Assembly: GCA_963845565.1 (NCBI GenBank)
Contig: CAWJSJ010000002.1
Coordinates: forward strand, 1,856,001-1,920,000
Source: an uncultured Methylomirabilota bacterium
Lineage (GTDB): Bacteria > Methylomirabilota > Methylomirabilia > Methylomirabilales > 2-02-FULL-66-22
Direction: 5' to 3'
DNA: 64,000 nucleotides
Below the pieces are notes generated by a model. The model saw nothing but the letters and a program-made list of their open reading frames with translations. It had not been told where the DNA came from and searched no databases. The position numbers were made by a program, and so were the translations under genes. This document shows, in pieces, positions 18,856-31,592 of this stretch. Every line of letters starts with the position of its first letter. Position 1 is the stretch's first letter.

Positions 18856-19863
18856 CTATTTGGCCGTCCGCAGGACCTCGTTGATCCAGCGGTCAACGAG
18901 CCGCTTCTTCTCCTTCCCGGCCCAGATCGCGTCGTAGTTGATGGTCGGGATCTGATCGAAGGCGGGGAGCCCGGCCATCACCGTGGCCTTGGGATGCACG
19001 GGGAAGAAGTAGGTCTTGGCGTCGGTCAGGGCATTCTGGCCGGGGATGGTAATGAACCAGTCGAGGAGCTTCTTGGCCAACTCGGCGCGCGGCGCACCTT
19101 TCAGAATAGAAATGGCCGGCGCCTCGAAGCCCACGCCCTCCTTGGGGAAGGTCACCTTGAGCGGGTAGCCCTCGGCCATCAACTGGAGGAACGCCGGTGT
19201 GAACTGAATGCCGACACCGGCCTGACCGATCGCCGCCGCCTTGGAGGGGGCGGTGCCGCTCTGGGTGTAGGTCTGAATGCTCGGGTGCACCTTCTTCAGG
19301 TAGTCGAAGGCCTTGTCCTCGCCCATGATCATGACCAGGGCGGCCACCATGTTGTAGCCGGTGCCCGAGGTCTGCGGGCTGGGGGTCTGGACCTGGGCCC
19401 GAAACTCCGGCTTGAGGAGGTCGGCCCAGGACGTCGGGGGCTCCACATTCTTCTGCTTGAGGGTGTTGACGTTGGAGGCGAAGCCGAGCGGGTTCATGTA
19501 GAACGAGGTCCAATACCCCTCGGGGTCCTTGAACTTTGCCGCCAGCTCCTTCGCGTTGGGGGAGACGTACACCTGAGAGAGCCCCTTCTCCTTCAAGGCC
19601 ACGTGATTCTCGCTGGGGGCGCCGAACCAGACGTCGGCCTGGGGATTGTTCTTCTCCGCCTCGATCCGGGCGACGGCCGGTCCGGAGGAGAGGAAGGTGA
19701 AGCGCACCTTCACGCCCGTCGCCTTGGTGAAGGCGTCCAGGAGATTCTTGGCATTTTCCTCGTCGACACTCGAGTACACCACCAGGCTCTCCTGCGCCTG
19801 CGCCGTCCCGGTCAGCAGGATCCCAAGTGCCAGCAGCGCGCATACCGTCCAGCGTGTCTTCAT
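18856..19863 (-). CDS. ABC substrate-binding protein (AfuA/FbpA-like Fe3+/sugar-phosphate class)
   Basis: Signal peptide; NPQADVWFG, PTSWADLL, SPQTSGTG. Confidence 0.85.
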   Translation of the reverse strand: MKTRWTVCALLALGILLTGTAQAQESLVVYSSVDEENAKNLLDAFTKATGVKVRFTFLSSGPAVARIEAEKNNPQADVWFGAPSENHVALKEKGLSQVYVSPNAKELAAKFKDPEGYWTSFYMNPLGFASNVNTLKQKNVEPPTSWADLLKPEFRAQVQTPSPQTSGTGYNMVAALVMIMGEDKAFDYLKKVHPSIQTYTQSGTAPSKAAAIGQAGVGIQFTPAFLQLMAEGYPLKVTFPKEGVGFEAPAISILKGAPRAELAKKLLDWFITIPGQNALTDAKTYFFPVHPKATVMAGLPAFDQIPTINYDAIWAGKEKKRLVDRWINEVLRTAK

Positions 19864-19939
19864 GGCGTTCTCCTCCTGAGACGCGTCGTCCGAAACTCAT
19901 CCCTCGCGGTCTTACATACCACAAGTTCGCGGCGGATCG

Positions 19940-21229
19940 CTAGCCCGAACCCGGAGCCGACCGAGACGGGGCGACGGGGAATGATTCGGCCATGCGGATC
20001 CGCTCGGCCACGGGGGGGTGGGTGTAGAGAAGCCACACCAACGGACGCGGTGGGTCGAGATCGGCCAGGTTGGATCGGGCGAGATCGACTTCGGCGCGGA
20101 TAAAGGCCGCCGGATTCGCCGTCAATGCCAGAGAGGCCCGGTCCGCCTGCCGCTCGAAGTGGCGGGAGATGGCGTTCTGAATGGGCAGGCCGGCGAGGCT
20201 TAGCACGAAAAGCACGAGCAGAAACAGGGGCAGCCCCGCCACATCGGCGGGCCCCGCGAGGTGGAAGGCGCGGCGCTCGCCAGCCCAGGCCAACACCCGG
20301 GCGCCGCACCAGAGCAGGAGGCCCATGCCGGCCAGCGACAGGCCGATCCCTTGCCAGATATGGGCGTGCTGCCAATGGCCCATCTCATGGGCGATGACGA
20401 GATCCACGGCGTCGGGGTCGCTGGTTGCGACGAGGGTGTCGTAGAGCACGATCCGCTTGGTGGCCCCCAGGCCCGTGAAATAGGCGTTTCCTTTCTTGGT
20501 CCGGCGGCTGGCGTCGAGTTCGTACACCTGCTCCACCGGGATGCCTGCCCGATCCGCCAGGGCGAGGACCCGCTCACGCAGCGCGGCGTTCTGGAGGGGC
20601 CGGATGGTGTGGAACAAGGGATCGATCACGATCGGGGCCAACGCGACGAGCAGGACGACGACCAAGCCGCCCAGGCCCCAGGCGGGGAGGACCCACCGGC
20701 CCGGATAGCGGCGCCACAGCAGTGCAAGCAGGGAGCCCAGGGGGACTGCCAGGACGAGGGAGAGGGCGGCCCCCTTCAGTCGGTCCAGGAGCCAGGCTCC
20801 CGGCGTCTGAGTGGAGAGGCCGAAGGCGTGCTCCCGCACGAAGCCCGCATAGTACCCCATCGGGAGCGTCAGCAGTTCGAAGGCGATGCACAGGCAGGCG
20901 ATATAGAGCGCCACCGCCAGCGCCGGATGGGCGGGAACCAGGCGCACGGCGAAGTTCCGGAGCGCGGCGGACGCCGGCGTGAACACGAGAACGGCCAGGG
21001 CCGCCAGCCGAAGGAGGGTGCCGGCCGTGAAGAGCCAGTAGCGCCCCTGCATGTACGCGTGGCCCCGCGCCACATCCTCGGGGGTGAAGTGGGCCGCAAT
21101 CTCCGGCGGGAGGTGCCCGGTGGGAGACACCGCCCATGCAGACAGGGTTGGCGTGGCGGGCAGTATCGCCATGACGGCGACTCCAGCGAGGGCCAGGGCC
21201 AACCATCCTGGAATCCAGCGGGTGATCAT
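19940..21229 (-). CDS. M48 family metallopeptidase (Ste24/CAAX-like)
   Basis: NAYFTG, HEMGH zinc motif, ERQAD, THPP..ERI; TM N-terminus. Confidence 0.9.
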   Translation of the reverse strand: MITRWIPGWLALALAGVAVMAILPATPTLSAWAVSPTGHLPPEIAAHFTPEDVARGHAYMQGRYWLFTAGTLLRLAALAVLVFTPASAALRNFAVRLVPAHPALAVALYIACLCIAFELLTLPMGYYAGFVREHAFGLSTQTPGAWLLDRLKGAALSLVLAVPLGSLLALLWRRYPGRWVLPAWGLGGLVVVLLVALAPIVIDPLFHTIRPLQNAALRERVLALADRAGIPVEQVYELDASRRTKKGNAYFTGLGATKRIVLYDTLVATSDPDAVDLVIAHEMGHWQHAHIWQGIGLSLAGMGLLLWCGARVLAWAGERRAFHLAGPADVAGLPLFLLVLFVLSLAGLPIQNAISRHFERQADRASLALTANPAAFIRAEVDLARSNLADLDPPRPLVWLLYTHPPVAERIRMAESFPVAPSRSAPGSG

Positions 21230-21288
21230 TCCTGTCGTCCCTGGCTTCCTCGTCCGGCGACGGGAGGGGAGTTCGCACGGTACCCGGG

Positions 21289-22188
21289 TCACTCGCGACG
21301 GAGCTCCAGGAACTGGCCGTCCAGGCCCACCGTGATCCGCACCCGGGTTCCATTGGCCTCGAAGGCGTGCAGGCTGATCCGACTGCCGGTCGCGGAGAGG
21401 GCTGGCGGCGGGGCTTGGACGAAATAGTCGCCGTCCTCTTTCCAGAACCGGTACCGTTCGGGCAAGAGATACACCGGTCGGAGAGAGTGTCCGTCCACGT
21501 GGACGGCGAACAGGCCGGGTGGGACCGCCTCGCCCTGATCGTCCAGGTCACGGTAAAAAAACACCTCGCCGCGCGCTTCGTGGAGGACCGGGTTGGACCC
21601 GGTCGCCAGCATGGCGCGAACACGGCCGTCGGCGGAGAAGCGCTCGATGCGCTCCACCGTCCGGTCCATCGACTGATCCTTGATGGGCCGCTCCGAATCC
21701 ACCTGGGCGATGAACCATTCGCCGTGGCTGGCCCAGACGGGCCGCCCCTCGATGGTGGCCAGCCACCGCGTCCGCTTCCAGCCGTCCTCGGCAACCCAGA
21801 GCTCCCGGGAGACCCCCCCATCCGCGGTCGGACGCAGGTTCACGATCAGCAGGGTCGTGCCGCGCGCCGGGCGATATTCCTCTCGGGCCACGGACACAAG
21901 ATCGGTACGAACGAAGCCCGACTCCCTTGCGTCGACCTGCACCTTGACCCATAAATAGCCGCGCTCATCCATGATGTAGAGCGGCTGCCTCTTCCCGGTC
22001 CGACGGCCCGGGATCTCGAAGGTGTCTCCAGGCTGTGCGGTCGCGATGATCCGGCCGGACGCGTGGGGTGTGAGCCGGATGAGCGTGTCGCGCGCGAGGA
22101 CCAAGGCCTCGGCGGCCTGCGCCTCGGCGGGCCACCACCAGAGCGAAAGCAAGAGGGCTCCGAGGAATGTCCGCCGAAGGCTGGACAT
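21289..22188 (-). CDS. Secreted hypothetical protein with SH3b-like N-terminal domain and beta-rich C-terminus
   Basis: Signal peptide MSSLRR...AEAQA; WVKVQ...GFVRTDLV SH3-like motif. Confidence 0.55.
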   Translation of the reverse strand: MSSLRRTFLGALLLSLWWWPAEAQAAEALVLARDTLIRLTPHASGRIIATAQPGDTFEIPGRRTGKRQPLYIMDERGYLWVKVQVDARESGFVRTDLVSVAREEYRPARGTTLLIVNLRPTADGGVSRELWVAEDGWKRTRWLATIEGRPVWASHGEWFIAQVDSERPIKDQSMDRTVERIERFSADGRVRAMLATGSNPVLHEARGEVFFYRDLDDQGEAVPPGLFAVHVDGHSLRPVYLLPERYRFWKEDGDYFVQAPPPALSATGSRISLHAFEANGTRVRITVGLDGQFLELRRE

Positions 22189-22292
22189 GACGAAGATACT
22201 CACGTACCCCACCGCAGGGCGCCGGATCCGGATCAGCATCGAGAGTCCCATAAGACGAAAACTGCCAGCATGGCAGTGTCAATAACGTGGGT

Positions 22293-22321
22293 AGAATGGC
22301 GGAAATCCGGCGGAAAGTCAA
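22293..22321 (-). promoter_or_regulatory. Putative sigma70 promoter
   Basis: TTGACT-N17-CATTCT on minus strand upstream of the SH3-like gene. Confidence 0.4.
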
Positions 22322-22474
22322 TCCTCGGGTCGGGAAATCCGGCAGGCCGCCGATTGGGCAAACCGGAAACTTGGCCACGGGGGAAACGCCGCCCTGCCGT
22401 CACAGACGCGCCGGGTTCCCACAGCCTTCCGCGGCCACATCCCCCAATGACCTCGGTCGCCGCATCACCGGCGG

Positions 22475-25457
<2,983 letters not shown>

Positions 25458-25613
25458 CAGGCTGCTCAAAAAGGCCCATCTGCGGCGTTGTCGCGCTCGC
25501 GCGGCGCTGCGGCGTACCCGCCAAGTACGCCTCGCGTCTCGCATCACGCTCCGCCTTGCGGCTGGACCTTTTTGAGCAGCCTGAGCAAGAACGAGTTTTT
25601 CAGCATCCTGCTA
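25458..25613 (+). repeat. Family-1 palindromic repeat copy 3 with intact tail (second right end)
   Basis: CAGGCTGCTCAAAAAGG...CCTTTTTGAGCAGCCTG then TTTTTCAGCATCCTGCTA; follows a TAA stop. Confidence 0.88.
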
Positions 25614-25665
25614 ATGCATCACCTGGCCGAGGTCGAGGGGCTTTCCATTGCTTGCGGAGGACGTC

Positions 25666-26706
25666 ATGTTGACCTGTCGGATTTACGGCGCTCAGGACCT
25701 GCGCGTTGAAACGGTACCCGTACCCGAGCCGGGGCCGGGCGAGGTGCTGTTGAAGCTTGGGGCCGGCGGGATCTGCGGATCGGACCTGCACTACTTCTTG
25801 CACGGGCGGATCGGGAGTTTCCTGATTCGGGAGCCTCTGGTCCCCGGTCACGAGATCTCCGGGACGGTCGCCAAGGTGGGGGCGGGGGTGACGCGCGTCA
25901 GAGAAGGGGACAAGGTGGCAATCAACCCGTCTCACGCCTGCGGCACCTGCCGGGCGTGCCGCGCCGGGCGGGAGAACCTCTGCGGCAGCATGCGCTTTCT
26001 GGGGAGCGCCAGCGTGTTTCCCCATGTGCAGGGGATGTTCCGTGAGTACTTCGTCATGGGGGAGCGGCAGTGCTATCCGATCGCCTCGGCGGTCACGTTG
26101 AGCGATCTGGCGTTCGCTGAGCCCCTCGCGGTCTCCCTGCACGCGGTGAATCGGGCTGGAGGCATGCTCGGGAAGAGCGTGCTGATCACCGGGGCCGGCC
26201 CGATCGGGTGCCTGATCGTCATGGCCGCCCGCCTGGCCGGCGCCGCGCAGGTGGTGGTGACGGATGTGGTGGATCGAACGCTCGGGGTGGCGAAGGCGGC
26301 AGGTGCGGATCGGTGTCTGCGCGCGGATCAACTCCCGAAGGACGCGGGAGCGCTGGCCGACGCGGTGGGCGACGCGGATGTCGCGTTCGAGGTGTCCGGC
26401 AGTCCCGCGGCGCTCGCGACGTGCCTGGCGAGCGTGGTGCGCGGCGGGCGCATCGTCCAGGTGGGGACGCTCCCGGCGGACGGCCTGCATTTCCCGGCCA
26501 ACCAGGTCATGGTCCGTGAGATCGACTACGTGGGCACCTTCCGCTTCGGTGTGGAGTTCGACTGGGCGGTGCGGTATCTGACGGAGCGGCGCGTGGACGT
26601 CCAGCCGCTCTTGTCCGCGCAGTTCCCCTTGCGGGATGCGGAAGCCGCCTTCCGCCTGGCGAGCGACAAGAGTCAGAGCGTCAAGGTGCAACTCGTCGCC
26701 GCGTGA
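25666..26706 (+). CDS. idnD: L-idonate 5-dehydrogenase-like MDR
   Basis: GGICGSDLHY, MRFLGSASVFPHVQGMF, AEPLAV, GTFRF, KVQL typical of IdnD. Confidence 0.75.
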   Translation: MLTCRIYGAQDLRVETVPVPEPGPGEVLLKLGAGGICGSDLHYFLHGRIGSFLIREPLVPGHEISGTVAKVGAGVTRVREGDKVAINPSHACGTCRACRAGRENLCGSMRFLGSASVFPHVQGMFREYFVMGERQCYPIASAVTLSDLAFAEPLAVSLHAVNRAGGMLGKSVLITGAGPIGCLIVMAARLAGAAQVVVTDVVDRTLGVAKAAGADRCLRADQLPKDAGALADAVGDADVAFEVSGSPAALATCLASVVRGGRIVQVGTLPADGLHFPANQVMVREIDYVGTFRFGVEFDWAVRYLTERRVDVQPLLSAQFPLRDAEAAFRLASDKSQSVKVQLVAA

Positions 26707-26777
26707 GTCGGCAGCCAGCGACGGATGGACCCGGAGCGATCTCGGGGTGAACCCTTCCGGCGCGCCAAACGCGGGTC

Positions 26778-27578
26778 TCAACCGACCCTGACCGACCGCA
26801 TGGAGATCGCGCCCAGCGTCACCCGCTCTGCGAAGAAGTCGAGCGGGTCGTTCGGCTCCTGAAGGGCGAGCACGTAGAGGAGCGGCAGGAAGTGCTCGTT
26901 GGTCGGGACCGCCAGGCGAGCCGCCGCTCCAAGCTCCTCGTACCGAATGATGGCGTCGTGGTCTCCCGACAGGATCCGATTCTTCACGATCGCGTCGAAC
27001 TCGACCGCCCACTCGTGGACGGCGTCCCGCCAGACGATCCGCCCGAGGTTGTGGACGATGTTCCCGCTCCCCACGATCAAGATCCCCTGATTCCGCAGCT
27101 CGCTCAGGCGCCGACCCAGCGCGTAGTGGACGGCGGGTTCCTTGGTGCGGTCCAGGCTCATCTGGACGACCGGGATGTCGCCGCCCGGAAACATCCGGCA
27201 GAGGACCGACCACGTACCATGGTCAAGGCCCCACTCGTGATCCAGTCGTACCTCGGTCGGCCCCACGTGCTGCCGGACGAGCCGGGCGAGATCGGGCGAC
27301 CCGGGGGCGGGGTACCGCATGTCGTACAGCGGTTTGGGGAAACCGGAGAAGTCGTGGATCGTCTTCGGATGTGCCATCGCCGTCACGTACGGTCCCACGG
27401 TCTCCCAGTGGGCGGACACGCAGAGGATGGCCGTCGGTCTGGGCAGGGAAGCGCCCAGCTCACCCCAGGCGCGACTGAACTCGTTGTCCTCGATGGCGTT
27501 CATGGGGCTGCCATGCCCCACGAAGAGGACCGGCATCCGGGTCCCGGCATCTGCACGGGTCCGATCCGGGAGCGACAT
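26778..27578 (-). CDS. ygiD: 4,5-DOPA dioxygenase extradiol (LigB/YgiD family)
   Basis: FVGHGSPMNA, SAHW, HDF.GFP, WGLDHG, SGNIVHNL, PTNEHFLP. Confidence 0.9.
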   Translation of the reverse strand: MSLPDRTRADAGTRMPVLFVGHGSPMNAIEDNEFSRAWGELGASLPRPTAILCVSAHWETVGPYVTAMAHPKTIHDFSGFPKPLYDMRYPAPGSPDLARLVRQHVGPTEVRLDHEWGLDHGTWSVLCRMFPGGDIPVVQMSLDRTKEPAVHYALGRRLSELRNQGILIVGSGNIVHNLGRIVWRDAVHEWAVEFDAIVKNRILSGDHDAIIRYEELGAAARLAVPTNEHFLPLLYVLALQEPNDPLDFFAERVTLGAISMRSVRVG

Positions 27579-27627
27579 GCAGCCTCCTTCGTCTCTTTGA
27601 GAGCGCGGAGTTGAACAGTTACTCCAG

Positions 27628-27818
27628 CAGGTTGCCGAAAAGCCCGTTCCGCCCAAGCTGCTCAAAAAGGCCCCGATGCAAGGCGGATTGGCGTAGGCGG
27701 GGTACCCACCGAAAGGTGGGTCCAGACGTACTCACGGTACGCCGCAGCGAGTGCTCAAGCGGGCGGGGCACCCATCCGCAGGATGGGTCACCGCAGATGG
27801 GCCGTTTTCAGCAGCCTG
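27628..27818 (-). repeat. Family-1 palindromic repeat copy 4 (reverse), with two nested mini-hairpins at 27699-27722 and 27765-27789
   Basis: Reverse complement matches the other copies; its end supplies the last codons and TGA of the MaoC gene. Confidence 0.88.
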
Positions 27819-28266
27819 CGGGTCGGCGCCAGATCATCAGGGAGTGCTCTCCCTCTTGGACGACCTCGCCCCGCTGGTTGATCATCTGGACGCCCTCCCA
27901 GATGATCGCCCGGTCGGGCTTGGACTTGCTCTCCCGCATGTTGGTGATGCGGATCTTCAGGTGCACGGTGTCGCCCAGGAAGATGGGTCCGGTGAACTTC
28001 CACGTGTACTCCAGCGAGGCAACGTAGCGGGTCTCGGCGAACGCCGCGACGCGCTTCTTGAGACCCTCGATGATACACATCCCCAGCATGCCGTGGGCGA
28101 TGCGGGTCTTGTAGGCCGAGGACGTCCGGCACCAGGCTTCGCTGGTGTGGATCTCGTCGTAGTCGCCCGACAGCATGGCGAAGATGGTCACGTCGGCCTC
28201 GGTGATGGTGCGAGTGGGCGAGGTCCACTCCTGCCCGACCTGAAAATCCTCAAAATAGACGGCCAT
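27808..28266 (-). CDS. MaoC/PaaZ-like hotdog dehydratase
   Basis: YFEDF, RTITEAD, SGD...IH, IAHG, F.GP.F.GDT, NQRGE. Confidence 0.9.
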   Translation of the reverse strand: MAVYFEDFQVGQEWTSPTRTITEADVTIFAMLSGDYDEIHTSEAWCRTSSAYKTRIAHGMLGMCIIEGLKKRVAAFAETRYVASLEYTWKFTGPIFLGDTVHLKIRITNMRESKSKPDRAIIWEGVQMINQRGEVVQEGEHSLMIWRRPAGC

Positions 28267-28311
28267 GGCTTTCCTCCGTGCGGGGGACGATTGCGAGTTG
28301 CGATCGCGCGG

Positions 28312-28340
28312 ACTCTAATGCCGTGGCCCCAGGATGTCAA
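28312..28340 (-). promoter_or_regulatory. Putative sigma70 promoter for the MaoC gene
   Basis: TTGACA-N17-TAGAGT on minus strand. Confidence 0.5.
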
Positions 28341-28360
28341 CGCTCGGATGGGTAAAGTGC

Positions 28361-28389
28361 TTGACGGCCGACGGCCAAATGCCGACAAT
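28361..28389 (+). promoter_or_regulatory. Putative sigma70 promoter for the SDR gene (divergent pair)
   Basis: TTGACG-N17-GACAAT. Confidence 0.5.
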
Positions 28390-28449
28390 GAACCTTCCAA
28401 GCGGGCGTGTGCCCGTTCACGCGAGGGATCGGTTCGGAGGAGCGACACG

Positions 28450-29217
28450 ATGACCGGAGCGGAGTTCAGCCTGGAAGGAAAGATCGCCTTGGTGACGGGG
28501 GCGGGGCGCGGCTTGGGCCGGGCCGGCGCGCTGGCGTTCGCCCGGGCCGGCGCCGACGTGGTGCTGGTCAGCCGGACCCGGAGCCAGCTGGAGGAGACCG
28601 CGGCGGCGGCGGAGCGGCTGGGCCGTAAGGCGCTGGTTGCCACCGCGGATGCGCGAAACCCGCAGGAGGTGGACGCGGCGATCCGCGCGGCCGTTCAGAC
28701 GTTCGGTCGGATTGACATCCTGTTCAACAACGCCGGGACCAACGTCCGGAAACCGGTCGTGGAGATGACCGACGAGGACTGGCACACCATCATCGAGACC
28801 AATGTGAAGGGGGTCTTCGTGGTGGCGCGGGCGGTAGCGCGCCAGATGATCGCGCAACAGGGTGGTTGCATCATCAACATGTCCTCGGCCTCGTCGGTGG
28901 TTCCCGAGCGCGACAAGGTGGTGTACGCCTCCAGCAAGGGGGCTGTCATGCAGTTCACCAAGGGGCTGGCGATGGAGTTGGCGGCGCACGGAATCCGCGT
29001 GAACGCCATCGCGCCCGGCTACATGATGACGCCCCTGGTGAAGGGCTACGTGGAGGGGGACGCGGAGCGACGCCAGCGGATCCTCTCCCGGATTCCGCTC
29101 GGCCGTGTCGGTCAGCCCGAGGAGATCGGAGGCGCCCTGGTCTTCTTGGCCTCGGGGGCTGCGAGCTACATCACCGGAGCCACCATCGCCATCGATGGCG
29201 GCTGGACGGCTTCGTAG
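28450..29217 (+). CDS. SDR oxidoreductase (gluconate 5-dehydrogenase/KduD-like)
   Basis: TGAGRGLG, NNAG, YASSK, NAIAPG. Confidence 0.88.
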   Translation: MTGAEFSLEGKIALVTGAGRGLGRAGALAFARAGADVVLVSRTRSQLEETAAAAERLGRKALVATADARNPQEVDAAIRAAVQTFGRIDILFNNAGTNVRKPVVEMTDEDWHTIIETNVKGVFVVARAVARQMIAQQGGCIINMSSASSVVPERDKVVYASSKGAVMQFTKGLAMELAAHGIRVNAIAPGYMMTPLVKGYVEGDAERRQRILSRIPLGRVGQPEEIGGALVFLASGAASYITGATIAIDGGWTAS

Positions 29218-29330
29218 GGCTGCCGGCGTCCTCGCCCGGCGAACTCTCCTTCGCCGGACGGAGTGTCGTGACGTCGTGCGCGGGCAGCGTTCGGAGGCCC
29301 ACCCATTCAGCGGAAGGCTGAAGAGCCACC

Positions 29331-30221
29331 ATGCACATTCGAGACCTGTTGAGCCAACGCCGCCCCTGCTTCAGTTTCGAGTTTTTTCCGCCGCGCACGC
29401 GGGAGGGTGCGGAGCAGCTTTACCGGACCATGGAGGATCTGGCTCCTCTGCAGCCGTCCTATGTGAGCGTGACCTACGGGGCGGGGGGGTCCACGCGGGA
29501 GCTGACCCACGGTCTCATCATCCGGATCCGTGAGCACACCAAGCTGACCGTCGTCTCCCACATGACGTGTGTGGGCGCGTCCCGGGCGGAGATCGGAGAG
29601 ATTCTGCAGGATTATCACCAGCATGGCATCGTGAATATCATGGCGCTCCGGGGGGATCCGCCGCAAGGCGAGACGGCCTTCCGGCAGCCCGAGGGCGGCT
29701 TCGCGCATGCGGCCGACCTGGTGGCCTTCATCCGGATGCGCTTCCCCGGGATGGGCATCGGCGTGGCGGGGTTCCCCGAGGGCCACCCGGAGACGCCGAA
29801 CCGGCTGACGGAGATGGACTACCTGAAGGCGAAAGTGGACGCCGGCGCGGACTACGTGTGCACCCAGCTCTTCTTCGACAACCGCGACTTCTACGATTTC
29901 TGCGAGCGCTGCGAGATTGCCCGGATCGGCGTGCCGATCATCGCCGGCATCATGCCGGTGACCTCCTTGAAGGGTATGCAGCGGATGGCGGAACTGGCGC
30001 TCGGCGCGCGTTTCCCCGCCCGGTTGATCAAATCGCTCGTGCGCGCCAAGGACGATGAGTACGTCGAGCGGGTCGGCACGCATTGGGCCACCGAGCAGGT
30101 ACGCGATCTCATCGATCACGGCGTGAAGGGCGTGCATTTTTACACGCTGAATCGGTCCAAGGCCACCCTGCAGATCTACGAGACGCTCGGCCTCAAGAAC
30201 GCGTCGCTCCCAATCAACTAG
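29331..30221 (+). CDS. metF: Methylenetetrahydrofolate reductase
   Basis: SFEFFPP, SVTYGAGG, ALRGDPP, PEGHPE, TQLFFD, HFYTLN. Confidence 0.96.
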   Translation: MHIRDLLSQRRPCFSFEFFPPRTREGAEQLYRTMEDLAPLQPSYVSVTYGAGGSTRELTHGLIIRIREHTKLTVVSHMTCVGASRAEIGEILQDYHQHGIVNIMALRGDPPQGETAFRQPEGGFAHAADLVAFIRMRFPGMGIGVAGFPEGHPETPNRLTEMDYLKAKVDAGADYVCTQLFFDNRDFYDFCERCEIARIGVPIIAGIMPVTSLKGMQRMAELALGARFPARLIKSLVRAKDDEYVERVGTHWATEQVRDLIDHGVKGVHFYTLNRSKATLQIYETLGLKNASLPIN

Positions 30222-30270
30222 CCATGCCCCGCCGTATCGTCACGCGCTCCGCTGTGCGCTGGAGAAGGAC

Positions 30271-31449
30271 ATGACCGATCCGCAAGGCCCGTGGGTTGCC
30301 CCGGTAGAGGTCCGCGAGCGCGTGTCGAGGCTGCTCTGCGACCTGGTCGCCATTCCGTCGCATGGGGGCCAGGAGGGGGCGATCATCCAGTACCTGATGG
30401 AGCGGTTCGCCCGGCAAGACATTCCTTGCCGGGTCACCGCGGTGGACGGAAAACCGCTCAACGTGGTGGCGGAAATCGGCCAGGGGCCGCGGACGTTCCT
30501 GCTGAACAGCCACGTGGACACGGTCCCGCCAGGGGACCCGGCGCTGTGGGCCACCGATCCGCTGATTCCCGTCGAAAAAAATGGCAGGATATACGGCCGG
30601 GGCGCGGAAGACGCCAAGGGCTGCCTGGCCTCGATGATCGTCGCGTTCGAGAGGTTGGCGATGCGGCGCGACGCCTTACCCGCCCGGGTGGTGCTGATGG
30701 CGGTGGGGGCCGAGGAGCGGGGCGGGCTCGGCACGCAGGCAGAGATGGCGAAGGGGTTCACGGCCGACGCGGCGATCATCGGGGAGTCCACGCACCTGGT
30801 CCCGATGCTGGCGCATAAAGGGGTCCTGCGTCTGGAGATCGAGGTGGCCGGCAGGGCCGCCCACGCCAGCGACCCGGACGCCGGGATCAACGCCATCGTG
30901 GCCGTGGCGCCGATCGTGTCTGCCCTGGACCAGTTGGCCGCTGCGGTGCGACGGCGGACCGATCCCTTCGTCGGGAAGGCCAGCCTGGTGATCTCGACCA
31001 TCGCGGGCGGCGTGGCGCTGAACGTCATCCCGGCGCAATGCGTGATCACTATCGATCGGCGCGTGTTGCCGCAGGAGACTGAGGCGGACGTGTTGGGCGA
31101 GATTGTGGCTGTCGTGAATCAGGCGTTGCCCGCGGCGTCGGGGGCGACGGCGGCGATTCGTAGGGTCCGGTTCGTCCCCCCGTCCTCCACCGATCCGGGC
31201 GCGGCCATCGTGAGAGCGGCCGAAGAGGCGGCGGCGCGCATTCTCGGCCGCCCCGCGCCCGCGCAGGGCTTCACCGCCACCTGCGACATGACGTACCTCG
31301 TGAATCAGGGAAAGATCCCCACCGTCATCCTGGGGCCGGGGAGCATCGAGGTGGCTCACCAGGCCAACGAGTACGTCCCCGTGGACCAGCTGGCTCTCGC
31401 GGTCGAGGTCTATCTGGGGACGCTGGACGCGTGGCTGACGAGCACGTGA
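30271..31449 (+). CDS. M20 family amidohydrolase (ArgE/DapE-like)
   Basis: NSHVDTVP, GRGAEDAKG, EE, AHQANEY. Confidence 0.88.
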   Translation: MTDPQGPWVAPVEVRERVSRLLCDLVAIPSHGGQEGAIIQYLMERFARQDIPCRVTAVDGKPLNVVAEIGQGPRTFLLNSHVDTVPPGDPALWATDPLIPVEKNGRIYGRGAEDAKGCLASMIVAFERLAMRRDALPARVVLMAVGAEERGGLGTQAEMAKGFTADAAIIGESTHLVPMLAHKGVLRLEIEVAGRAAHASDPDAGINAIVAVAPIVSALDQLAAAVRRRTDPFVGKASLVISTIAGGVALNVIPAQCVITIDRRVLPQETEADVLGEIVAVVNQALPAASGATAAIRRVRFVPPSSTDPGAAIVRAAEEAAARILGRPAPAQGFTATCDMTYLVNQGKIPTVILGPGSIEVAHQANEYVPVDQLALAVEVYLGTLDAWLTST

Positions 31450-31592
31450 GGATTTCGGCGAGGGCTGTCCGCCGAGCAGGCCCCCCCGGAAGGAATTGCG
31501 CTTGACACGCAGGTGCTGGCTGAGTTATCCCCAAAGCGCGTTGGTCGGCAGGCCGGCGGCGAGGCCGAGGCGGATCGACGAAGGAGGCCACA

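Noticed and set aside
22355..22425. GGGCAAACC-GAAA resemblance to a c-di-GMP-I riboswitch
   Set aside because: Lacks the GACGCAAA junction and P2 stem, and lies antisense to the neighbouring genes
29331..30221. SAM riboswitch upstream of metF
   Set aside because: The short intergenic region shows no SAM-I/II/SAH consensus that I can support
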